31,997 nt of DNA from a virus. Lineage: Duplodnaviria; Caudoviricetes. The notes under the pieces are model-generated. The model did not search any database. It worked only from the letters and a program-made list of their open reading frames with translations, and was not told the DNA's origin. The translations under genes were made by a program, and so were the position numbers. The stretch covers positions 1-31,997 of the IMG/VR virus record IMGVR_UViG_3300044723_001604, one strand, 5' to 3'. Below are positions 7,978 through 16,103 of the stretch, piece by piece. Every line of letters begins with the position of its first letter. The stretch's first letter is position 1.

Positions 7978-9732
7978 ATGATAGACTTGAGTAGAGATGA
8001 ATTGTTAACATCATTCGGTAAGACGACCTTACATGATAGGTACTTATTACCTGAAGAGACTTCCCCACAAGAAGCATTTATGAGAGCAGCTAAAGCTTTC
8101 TCGGACAATGATGACATGGCGGAACGGATATATAATTATTCATCAAAGCTTTGGTTCATGTTTGCTACACCCATACTTACCAATGGTGGTACTGACAGGG
8201 GTATGCCTATATCCTGTTTCTTGAACTATGTGCCTGATAGCCGTGAAGGTTTGACTGGGCACTATTCAGAAAATGCTTGGCTTGCATCTGTTGGTGGTGG
8301 TATTGGTGGGTACTGGGGAGCAGTCAGGTCTGATGGTACAGCTACCAGTCATGGGTCACAAAGCTCAGGCTCTATACCATTCTTACATGTAGTAGACTCA
8401 GAGATGTTAGCCTTCTCTCAAGGAAAGACTAGAAGGGGCAGCTATGCCGCTTACATGGACGTAAGCCATCCTGAGATACTAGAGTTTCTAGACATGCGTA
8501 AACCTAGTGGTGGAGATGTTCACCGTAAATGTCTGAACTTACATCATGCAGTTAATCTATCTAATGACTTTATGGAATTAATATCTAACTGTATTAAAGA
8601 GCCGACGTTTGATGACAGCTGGAACTTAATAGACCCACACACTAATAAGATAGTACGTGTAGTATCAGCTAGAGAATTATGGCAGAAGATATTAGAGAAT
8701 AGAGTAGCTACTGGTGAGCCATACATAATGTTTGGTGATACAGTTAATGAAGGTCTGCCACAACCACAAAAAGATTTAGGTTTAAAAGTACATCACTCTA
8801 ACCTATGCTCAGAGATAACACTCCCAACAGATGAGAACCGCACAGCAGTGTGTTGTCTGTCCAGTGTTAACCTTGAGAAGTATGATGAATGGAAAAAGGA
8901 CAGTATGTTTATACCTGACTTGATACATTTCTTAGATAACGTGTTACAACATTTTATCGACAACGCACCCGACACTTTATACAGGGCTAAGTTTTCCGCT
9001 GTCAATGAACGTAGTCTTGGGTTGGGTGCTATGGGGTTTCACTCTTACTTACAAGCGAACAGTATACCGTTTGAATCTGCACTAGCTAAGTCTAAAAACT
9101 TACAGATGTTTAAGCATATTAAACAACAAGCTATTGCGGAATCAAAGCGACTGGCTATTAAGAAGGGTGAAGCACCTGACATGGAAGGTACTGGTATGCG
9201 TAATGCACACTTACTAGCTATTGCACCAAACGCTTCTAGCTCAATTATCTGTGGCACTACATCACCATCTATTGAACCATTCAGGGCTAATGCTTATGTA
9301 CAGAAAACAATGTCAGGTTCATTCTTAGTTAAGAACAAACACTTAGAGAAACTATTAGAATCTAAAGGTATGAACACTGAGGATACATGGAAACATATAC
9401 TAGCTAACAGAGGCTCAGTGCTAGAACTTAAAGGCTTAACTGATTATGAGAAAGATGTATTTAAGACAGCTATAGAAATAAACCAGCAGTGGGTTATAGA
9501 ACATGCAGCAGACAGACAGGCATTTATTTGTCAGTCACAATCTGTTAATGTATTTGTTCCAGCTGATGTTCACATCCGTGAACTACATGACATACACATG
9601 TTGGCTTGGCAACGTAAACTTAAAACACTATATTACTGTAGGTCTGAAGCTATCAAGCGAGCTGAACTAGTATCACAGAAAGTAGAAAGAACAATCATTC
9701 CCGAAGCGGAATGTCTATCATGCGAGGGATAA
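7978..9732 (+). CDS. nrdA: Ribonucleotide reductase class I alpha subunit (no ATP cone)
   Basis: ATPIL, ISCF, SNLCSEI (N-C-E triad), AVCCL, APNAS, TLYY and C-terminal CLSC. Confidence 0.97.
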   Translation: MIDLSRDELLTSFGKTTLHDRYLLPEETSPQEAFMRAAKAFSDNDDMAERIYNYSSKLWFMFATPILTNGGTDRGMPISCFLNYVPDSREGLTGHYSENAWLASVGGGIGGYWGAVRSDGTATSHGSQSSGSIPFLHVVDSEMLAFSQGKTRRGSYAAYMDVSHPEILEFLDMRKPSGGDVHRKCLNLHHAVNLSNDFMELISNCIKEPTFDDSWNLIDPHTNKIVRVVSARELWQKILENRVATGEPYIMFGDTVNEGLPQPQKDLGLKVHHSNLCSEITLPTDENRTAVCCLSSVNLEKYDEWKKDSMFIPDLIHFLDNVLQHFIDNAPDTLYRAKFSAVNERSLGLGAMGFHSYLQANSIPFESALAKSKNLQMFKHIKQQAIAESKRLAIKKGEAPDMEGTGMRNAHLLAIAPNASSSIICGTTSPSIEPFRANAYVQKTMSGSFLVKNKHLEKLLESKGMNTEDTWKHILANRGSVLELKGLTDYEKDVFKTAIEINQQWVIEHAADRQAFICQSQSVNVFVPADVHIRELHDIHMLAWQRKLKTLYYCRSEAIKRAELVSQKVERTIIPEAECLSCEG

Positions 9733-10685
9733 TGAGAAACTTATTTAAAGAACGTACACACTACAAACCATTTGATTACTCATGGGCTTTTGAATCTTAT
9801 GAGATGCAGCAAAAGATGCACTGGCTACCATCTGAAGTATCTCTACATGAAGATGTAAGAGACTGGAATGAGAGACTAACAGAGCCTGAGAAGAATCTTA
9901 TCAATCAGATACTTAAATTCTTTACTCAAGGTGATGTTGATATAGCTAAGGCTTACCTTGATAAGTACATGCCTAAGTTTAAATCACCTGAAGTAAGGAT
10001 GATGTTAACTTCCTTTGCTGCCAGTGAGGCTAACCATGCTCATAGTTATTCTATGCTCAATGATACACTGGGTCTACCTGAGTCAGAGTTTAAAGCATTC
10101 CAAGAATACAAAGAGATGGCAGACAAACACAAGTATCTATTCAAAGATAAAGGTAAAGGTACTGAAGGGTTGGCTAGAGACATAGCCTGTTTCTCAGCAT
10201 TTGGTGAGGGGCTACAACTGTTCGCTTCCTTTGTTATGCTTCTTAACTTTCAACGCTTTGGACGTATGAAGGGTATGTGTCAGATAGTAACATGGTCAAT
10301 TAGAGATGAGACTCACCATGTAGAAAGCATGATTAAACTGTTCAAGGAAATGATTAAAGAGAACCCTGAGATTTGGACAGAAAAATTTAAAGCCAGTATC
10401 TACCAACAATGTAGAGATATGGTTGAGCTAGAAGATAAGTTTATTGACCTAGCATTTGAGCAAGGTGGTATACGTGGGCTAGAACCTAAGCAAGTTAAGC
10501 AGTACATTAGATACATTGCTGACCGTAGGCTGCTACAACTATCATTAAAACCTAATTACAAAGTAAAAGATAACCCATTAGAATGGTTAGACTGGGTACT
10601 AAATGGTGTAGAACACGCTAACTTCTTTGAGAATAGAGCAACAGAGTACAACAAAGGAACAATTACTGGTACACTATGGACTTAA
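9732..10685 (+). CDS. nrdB: Ribonucleotide reductase class Ia beta subunit
   Basis: Metal ligands QGD, EANH, EG, DETHH and radical Tyr (HAHSY). ATG 9732 is coupled to the nrdA stop (TAATG). Confidence 0.97.
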   Translation: MRNLFKERTHYKPFDYSWAFESYEMQQKMHWLPSEVSLHEDVRDWNERLTEPEKNLINQILKFFTQGDVDIAKAYLDKYMPKFKSPEVRMMLTSFAASEANHAHSYSMLNDTLGLPESEFKAFQEYKEMADKHKYLFKDKGKGTEGLARDIACFSAFGEGLQLFASFVMLLNFQRFGRMKGMCQIVTWSIRDETHHVESMIKLFKEMIKENPEIWTEKFKASIYQQCRDMVELEDKFIDLAFEQGGIRGLEPKQVKQYIRYIADRRLLQLSLKPNYKVKDNPLEWLDWVLNGVEHANFFENRATEYNKGTITGTLWT

Positions 10686-10699
10686 AGTACCCGTTTTAG
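10683..10699 (+). promoter_or_regulatory. Phage RNAP promoter, copy 3 (TAAAGTACCCGTTTTAG), start of the late region
   Basis: Matches the repeated 17-mer. Its first TAA is the nrdB stop codon. Confidence 0.85.
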
Positions 10700-10711
10700 A
10701 AGGATAAATAT

Positions 10712-10915
10712 ATGTTTATAAATGATATAGTAGGAACAGACGAAGACCAAGAGGTCAAACTGCCCAATACATCTAAGCAATTAGTAAAGTTATTGAATGA
10801 GATATACCCTGAGTCCTCTCCCAACATCTCTGATGAGGTGAAAGATATGTATTTCAAAGCTGGTCAACGTGATGTTGTCAGGTTCTTAAACGAATTAGTA
10901 GAGAGAGATAAGTAA
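10712..10915 (+). CDS. Small hypothetical phage protein at the T7 gp6.5 position
   Basis: AAGGA RBS upstream; helical YFKAGQRDVVRFL motif; precedes the portal cluster. Confidence 0.75.
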   Translation: MFINDIVGTDEDQEVKLPNTSKQLVKLLNEIYPESSPNISDEVKDMYFKAGQRDVVRFLNELVERDK

Positions 10916-10916
10916 T

Positions 10917-11165
10917 ATGTGTGGTTCTAGAGGTGGTATGGGACGTGGCATTGACATGCTAGAAGACATGGGTGCAGTCAGTAAAACTGGCAGTAGTCAA
11001 GACTTAGAGATATCACAGGCTGACCTTGAAGATGACCGAGCACCAGCTAGTGGTACTAAGCGTAGTAAAAAGAGTAAAACCAAAAGCTCTTCAAGTGCTA
11101 CAACCATGAGCGGTACTAACCCATTAAACAAGTCAAACACTGGCTTATCAATATACAGGAGTTAA
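10917..11165 (+). CDS. Small putative virion protein, MC-start family, copy 1
   Basis: Starts MCG, low-complexity S/K-rich, ends SNTGLSIYRS. Confidence 0.7.
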   Translation: MCGSRGGMGRGIDMLEDMGAVSKTGSSQDLEISQADLEDDRAPASGTKRSKKSKTKSSSSATTMSGTNPLNKSNTGLSIYRS

Positions 11166-11166
11166 T

Positions 11167-11412
11167 ATGTGTGGACTGTTATTCACCAAAGGTGATGAAA
11201 TGAAAAGAATGTACAAAGACTCTACACCTGTTGGACAAACACTCCGTAATGCAGACAGAAGAAATGCTGAGAAAGATAAGAATAGAGTGAATGAAGAAAA
11301 TCTCACCATAGAAAAAAATAAGAGAGAAGCTTATGGAAGAGACAGAAAAAGAAGTGATAGAACCCGTAAAACTTACGACAACTCCAATACTGGATTAAAC
11401 ATTTACAAATAA
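11167..11412 (+). CDS. Small putative virion protein, MC-start family, copy 2
   Basis: AGGAG RBS. Starts MCG, highly charged, ends SNTGLNIYK. Confidence 0.7.
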   Translation: MCGLLFTKGDEMKRMYKDSTPVGQTLRNADRRNAEKDKNRVNEENLTIEKNKREAYGRDRKRSDRTRKTYDNSNTGLNIYK

Positions 11413-11427
11413 TAGGAGACAACATAT

Positions 11428-11652
11428 ATGTGTATGGGAAGCCCAAAGGTGTCAGCACCTGAACCAGCTCCAGCTCCAGCTCCAATAGCTTCACCAGCTG
11501 GTGATGACTTAGCTCCTACAGTTAAGACTTCTATTGATAAAGAGTCTGAAGAGGAAAAAGCTAAACGAGTTAAAAGACGTGGTACTAAATCATTACAAAC
11601 TGGGTCAGGATTAAACATTCCTACAAGTGGCTCAGGTCTTAATATTTCTTAA
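11428..11652 (+). CDS. Small virion protein, T7 gp6.7-like (MC-start family, copy 3)
   Basis: MCMGSPK...PAPAP...KRRG..SL pattern; directly upstream of and coupled to the portal gene; ends GSGLNIPTSGSGLNIS. Confidence 0.8.
   Translation: MCMGSPKVSAPEPAPAPAPIASPAGDDLAPTVKTSIDKESEEEKAKRVKRRGTKSLQTGSGLNIPTSGSGLNIS
11464..11484 (+). repeat. Tandem hexamer (CCAGCT)x3.5 encoding a PAPAPAP linker
   Basis: Read directly from the sequence: ccagctccagctccagctcca. Confidence 0.85.
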
Positions 11653-13205
11653 TGGAATACAATATGCAAGCCAACACTACAGCCAAAGAACGATACAATA
11701 AATTAATAGAGAACAGACAGCACTATCTAGATAGAGCCCGTGAGTGTTCTGAAATTACAATCCCTTCATTAATCCCCGACGATGGCTTTGAGTCCAGCTC
11801 AGAGTTATATACACCATTCCAATCAGTAGGTGCACGAGGTGTAAACAACCTAGCATCTAAACTTCTATTACTATTACTTCCACCTAATGCCCCATTCTTT
11901 AGGCTATCACTTAGTGGTGCATCTAAAGAGGAGCTAGAACAGCAGAAAGAATTACAAAGTGAAGTAGAGAAATCTCTAGGTAAAATAGAGCGTGAAATAC
12001 ACAACAAGATTGAACAACTAGCTTTAAGAGTATCTGTCTTTGAAGCACTCAAGCACCTTATTGTAGGGGGTAATGTCCTAACTTATCTACCTAAAAAAGG
12101 TAACATGAGAGTCTTTGGTATTACACAGTATGTATGTAGAAGAGATGAAGAGGGTACATTATTAGAAGTTATCATTAAAGAATCAGTAAGCCCTGTGGCT
12201 CTAGATGAAGAAACTAGGATGGAATTAGGTAAAGACCCTGATTATAAGACTGATGATGAGTGTGAATTATATACACATATCTACAAACTGGATGATAAGA
12301 AATATTATGTTTGTCAAGAAGTGAATGGTATTAAATTACCTGAGTCAATAGGTACATACCCAATAGACAACATGCCATACCAAGCATTACGCATGGTAAG
12401 AGTAGACGGTGAAGACTATGGACGTGGTTATGTAGAAGAATTTTTAGGTGACTTAAAATCATTAGAAGGATTATCACAATCATTAGTAGAGTCATCTGCT
12501 GCGGCTAGTAAGATAGTCTTTATGGTTAGACCTAATGCTGTCACACGCAAGAAAGATTTAGCACAGACTAGAAATGGAGATATCATAACTGGTTCATCAG
12601 ACGACGTAAGCGTTTTGCAATCTGACAAGCAATATGATTTGCAAATAGTAGAAAGAAGTATAGGCAGACTAGAAGATAGATTAGCTTATGCGTTCTTATT
12701 AAACTCCGCAATACAACGTAATGCAGAGCGTGTTACAGCTCAAGAAATTAGATACATGGCAGAACAACTTGAGATGGCTATGGGTGGTATATACTCATTA
12801 CTATCACAAGAGTTTCAACTGCCTTTAGTACAAGTACTTATGAAGCGTATGTCAGACTCTAAGGAGATACCGACCCTTCCTAAGAACTCTGTTAAGCCTA
12901 CTATCGTAACTGGTGTTGAAGCACTGGGACGTGGTAATGACTTGCAGAAGTTAAGAGAATTTGTAGCTGAGATAGGTAATCTAGCTCAAATAAGTCCTGA
13001 AGTAGTACAAGCATTAAACACTAGTGACCTACTTACTCGTGTGGCTACCAGCTTAGGTATAGACACTGAGGGTCTTATGAAGAGTCAAGAGCAACTAGCT
13101 GAAGAACAAGAAGCTCAACAGCAACAAATGCAGCAACAACAAATGATGGATATGGCACAGAGTGCTGTCCCACAAGTTGCTAACAACCTAACAAAACCTG
13201 AATAA
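11652..13205 (+). CDS. Portal / head-tail connector (T7 gp8-like)
   Basis: QSVGARGVNNLASKL, GEDYGRG, AERVTAQEIR, TGVEALGRG. Confidence 0.97.
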   Translation: MEYNMQANTTAKERYNKLIENRQHYLDRARECSEITIPSLIPDDGFESSSELYTPFQSVGARGVNNLASKLLLLLLPPNAPFFRLSLSGASKEELEQQKELQSEVEKSLGKIEREIHNKIEQLALRVSVFEALKHLIVGGNVLTYLPKKGNMRVFGITQYVCRRDEEGTLLEVIIKESVSPVALDEETRMELGKDPDYKTDDECELYTHIYKLDDKKYYVCQEVNGIKLPESIGTYPIDNMPYQALRMVRVDGEDYGRGYVEEFLGDLKSLEGLSQSLVESSAAASKIVFMVRPNAVTRKKDLAQTRNGDIITGSSDDVSVLQSDKQYDLQIVERSIGRLEDRLAYAFLLNSAIQRNAERVTAQEIRYMAEQLEMAMGGIYSLLSQEFQLPLVQVLMKRMSDSKEIPTLPKNSVKPTIVTGVEALGRGNDLQKLREFVAEIGNLAQISPEVVQALNTSDLLTRVATSLGIDTEGLMKSQEQLAEEQEAQQQQMQQQQMMDMAQSAVPQVANNLTKPE

Positions 13206-13223
13206 TTAAAGGAGAAGAAACAA

Positions 13224-13949
13224 ATGGTAGAACAAGTAGAAATTAAAACAGAAGAAACAACAGCAGAGGTTGCTGAACCTGTATTAAAAACAGAGAGACC
13301 TGAAGGTTTACCTGAGAAATTTAATTCAGTAGAAGATATGGCTAAATCATATGCTGAACTGGAATCTAAATTAGGACAACCTAAAGCTGCGGAGTCTACA
13401 TCTGAACCTAAAGCTGATGAGAACAACTTAGAGATAGCTGAGAAAGCCACCCAAGCTGCTGGTCTAGACATGGGTGCACTGAATGCTGAGTATGCTGAGA
13501 ACGGTGAGTTAGCTCAAGAGTCTTATGATGCTTTAGAAAAATCAGGCATTAGCAGAGAATACGTAGACCAATTCATTGCTGGACAACAAGCTGTTGCAGC
13601 CAAGCAATCAGGAGAAGTTAAAGCAATAGCGGGTGGTGACGAAGGTTACGAAGCTATGACTGGATGGGCTAAAGAGAATTTAACTGATGCTGAAATAGAA
13701 GCTTATAACTCAGCTGTAAATAGTGGAAACATGGAAACAACTAAGTTAGCAGTCACTGGTCTTAAAGCTAGATATAATGCTAATGAAGGTAGTGACCCTA
13801 AACTATTATCAGGCAAAGCTACAGGCATTGGTGAGAAAGGTTTTGAGTCTTGGGCTCAAGTCACAGAAGCAATGAAAGATGCTAGGTATGAGAAAGACCC
13901 AGCGTATCAAGCTGAAGTACAAAACAAAATAGCAAACAGTAACTTATAG
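13224..13949 (+). CDS. Capsid assembly scaffolding protein (T7 gp9-like)
   Basis: Acidic and helical; ERPEGLPEKF, AGG.E.Y..M..WA, AMKD.RY..DPAY; follows the portal gene. Confidence 0.93.
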   Translation: MVEQVEIKTEETTAEVAEPVLKTERPEGLPEKFNSVEDMAKSYAELESKLGQPKAAESTSEPKADENNLEIAEKATQAAGLDMGALNAEYAENGELAQESYDALEKSGISREYVDQFIAGQQAVAAKQSGEVKAIAGGDEGYEAMTGWAKENLTDAEIEAYNSAVNSGNMETTKLAVTGLKARYNANEGSDPKLLSGKATGIGEKGFESWAQVTEAMKDARYEKDPAYQAEVQNKIANSNL

Positions 13950-13957
13950 GAGTAATT

Positions 13958-14083
13958 ATGTCTTTGTATGCAAATATAAATAAACGTAAAAAAGCTGGAA
14001 CAAGTAGAAGTAAGTCTAAATCAACTATAACTAAGAAGTCTTATTCTAACATGAAGAAAGGCTTTCCTAAGAAGAAGAAGTAA
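13958..14083 (+). CDS. 41-aa very basic peptide (not in the ORF track)
   Basis: AGGAG RBS, then MSLYANINKRKKAGTSRSKSKSTITKKSYSNMKKGFPKKKK. Stop is coupled to the next ATG (TAATG). Confidence 0.8.
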   Translation: MSLYANINKRKKAGTSRSKSKSTITKKSYSNMKKGFPKKKK

Positions 14084-14322
14084 TGACTTTAAAAAGACAC
14101 CAAAGCAAGACTGGCGGACTAAATGCCGCTGGACGTGCTTATTACAAACGTAAAACTGGGGCTAATCTCAAGCCGCCTGTAACAGGTAAACCTAAGAAAG
14201 GTTCTAAAGCAGCTGGTAGAAAGAAAAGCTTTTGTGCAAGAATGAGTGGTGTTAAAGGTGCAATGAGAAAAAATGGAAAACCGACACGTAAGGCTCTAGC
14301 TTTACGTAAGTGGAAATGTTGA
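14083..14322 (+). CDS. 79-aa very basic protein (resembles the family I recall as DUF6321)
   Basis: GGLNAAGR, RKKSFCARM, ALRKWKC motifs; no Asp or Glu residues. Confidence 0.8.
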   Translation: MTLKRHQSKTGGLNAAGRAYYKRKTGANLKPPVTGKPKKGSKAAGRKKSFCARMSGVKGAMRKNGKPTRKALALRKWKC

Positions 14323-14324
14323 CA

Positions 14325-14393
14325 TAACAGTGCGACCTTTTTAGGTGGCTGTTGCCGACAAGTAGTAGTAACTTGACCTTCTGCGGAAGACAA
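14325..14393 (+). promoter_or_regulatory. Structured capsid leader: two hairpins and a possible divergent phage promoter
   Basis: TAACAG..ACCT-TTTT-AGGT..CTGTTG stem (14325-14354). TTG..CTTC-TGCG-GAAG.CAA with a cUNCGg tetraloop (14373-14393). 14328-14344 matches 12/17 positions of the promoter consensus. Confidence 0.5.
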
Positions 14394-14455
14394 TCTTGGG
14401 GTGAATCTTAGAGGCTTTTATAAACAATTAACTTTAAATCATAGGAGATTTTATT

Positions 14456-15439
14456 ATGGCAAATGCTACTCCAGTATCTGTCGGTAGAGTCAACGCTGGT
14501 GGTTCTGAAGACGCTCTGTTTCTGAAAGTTTTTGCGGGAGAGGTTTTAACTTCTTTTGAAAGAGCTTCAGTAACTCAAGGGTCTGAAACTGTCCGTTCTA
14601 TTAGCTCAGGTAAATCTGCTACTTTCCCAGTAATGGGTAGAGTATCAGCAGCTTATCATACAGCTGGTGCGGAAATCACAGGCAACGACGTAAACCACAA
14701 CGAAAAGGTCATTACTATTAATGACTTATTAATTAGCTCAGTTTTCCTTAGCAATATTGAGGAAGCTAAAAATCACTGGGATGTAAGAGGAGCTTATTCT
14801 ACTGAAATTGGTAGAGCTTTAGCTTTCCAAAAAGATAAGCACATCTTACAAACTATTGGTCAAGCTGCACAAGCTTCTGCAAACGTATCTGATTCAGGTT
14901 ACGGAGCGGGAACTGTGTTAACTGACTCAAACATTGCATCAGCTACAGACGCAACTGCTGCTAACGCAATGATAGACGCATTATTTGATGCGGCTAGAAC
15001 AATGGATAATAACTACGTTCCTAAAGAAGGCAGAAAAGCTTTCATTAGAACTGAAGAGTATTATAAATTAGCAAACGCTACTAACGCTGTAAACGTTGAC
15101 TTTAGTGGTCAAGGTTCTATTGCTGAAGGTAAAGTTATGAAAATTGCTGGAATTGAGTTAATCCCAACTCCACATTTCGTAGCTTCTGACCTATCAGCTT
15201 CAACAAACGTTGATGGTGGTTCTGCTACAGCGGGTGGTTCAAACCCACAACAAGTTAACTTAGCAAACTATGTATGTCTAGTATGTCATCCATCAGCTGC
15301 TGGTACTGTCAAATTGATGGACTTAGCGACTGAAATGGAATATGACATAAGACGTCAGGGAACGCTAATGGTGGCTAAATACGCTATGGGACACGGCGTG
15401 CTACGTCCTGAAGCGGCTGTAGGTATTAAAGAAGCGTAA
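14456..15439 (+). CDS. Major capsid protein (T7 gp10A-like)
   Basis: ALFLKVFAGEVLT.F, RSISSGKSA.FPV.G, AKYAMGHGVLRPEAA; AGGAG RBS. Confidence 0.98.
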   Translation: MANATPVSVGRVNAGGSEDALFLKVFAGEVLTSFERASVTQGSETVRSISSGKSATFPVMGRVSAAYHTAGAEITGNDVNHNEKVITINDLLISSVFLSNIEEAKNHWDVRGAYSTEIGRALAFQKDKHILQTIGQAAQASANVSDSGYGAGTVLTDSNIASATDATAANAMIDALFDAARTMDNNYVPKEGRKAFIRTEEYYKLANATNAVNVDFSGQGSIAEGKVMKIAGIELIPTPHFVASDLSASTNVDGGSATAGGSNPQQVNLANYVCLVCHPSAAGTVKLMDLATEMEYDIRRQGTLMVAKYAMGHGVLRPEAAVGIKEA

Positions 15440-15456
15440 GCTCTTTTAAACTTAAC

Positions 15457-15489
15457 GAGAGGGTGGCTTCGGCTGCCCTCTTTCTTTTT
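15457..15489 (+). terminator. T-phi-like intrinsic terminator after the capsid gene
   Basis: GAGGGTGGC-TTCG-GCTGCCCTC stem with a UUCG loop, followed by TTTCTTTTT. Confidence 0.9.
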
Positions 15490-15500
15490 ATGGAATATAT

Positions 15501-16103
15501 ATGGCAACACAACTAACACCAACTACAGAGTTACAAGCTATTAATACTATGCTTTCTGCTATCGGAGAAGCACCTGTAAACTCTATTAGCGGCACTAACA
15601 ATGTAGACGTAGCTGTCGCTATAAATATATTAAATGAGACAAGCCTTGCTGTTCAAAGTGAAGGCTGGAATTTCAACACCGAATACAACGTATCTTATTC
15701 TTTAGATACTGACAACAAACTCCCCCTACCCTCTAACTGTGTACAGGCAGACGCTTCAGCACCTAATAGATTTCGTAACTTAGTTATACGTAACGGTTTT
15801 ATGTATGACTTAGATAATCACACGGATGTATTAACTGCAAGTATCCCCCTAGATGTAGTACTGGTTCAATTATTTGAACAACTCCCTGAATATGCAAGAC
15901 GCTACATTACCACAAAAGCAGCTAGACGTTTTTCAGCTAGGTTTATAGGTGATGCTGGTTTAACTGAGTTAGCTCAAGTTGATGAGCAAGAAGCTTATAA
16001 CAATTTTAAACAGTCTGATTCTAGAAGTGAAGACAACAACATACTAGAAGGAGACGCTAACACTTATTCAATAATAAATAGACCCCCAAGAAGGACTTAT
16101 TAA
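15501..16103 (+). CDS. Tail tubular protein A (T7 gp11-like)
   Basis: TELQAINTMLSAIGEAPV, VQSEGWNFN, YI..KAARRF. Confidence 0.95.
   Translation: MATQLTPTTELQAINTMLSAIGEAPVNSISGTNNVDVAVAINILNETSLAVQSEGWNFNTEYNVSYSLDTDNKLPLPSNCVQADASAPNRFRNLVIRNGFMYDLDNHTDVLTASIPLDVVLVQLFEQLPEYARRYITTKAARRFSARFIGDAGLTELAQVDEQEAYNNFKQSDSRSEDNNILEGDANTYSIINRPPRRTY

Noticed and set aside
13100-13160. Poly-Gln/Met tract in the portal C-terminus
   Set aside because: Low-complexity helical tail of a kind common in such portals, not an independent repeat element.
14319-14347. Perfect TTGACA -35 box upstream of the capsid gene
   Set aside because: The -10 at 16-18 nt spacing is poor (TTAGGT or TAGGTG), and the hexamer overlaps a stop codon.
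15420-15500. gp10B-type frameshift extension of the capsid
   Set aside because: No slippery sequence before the stop, and the terminator follows within about 20 nt.
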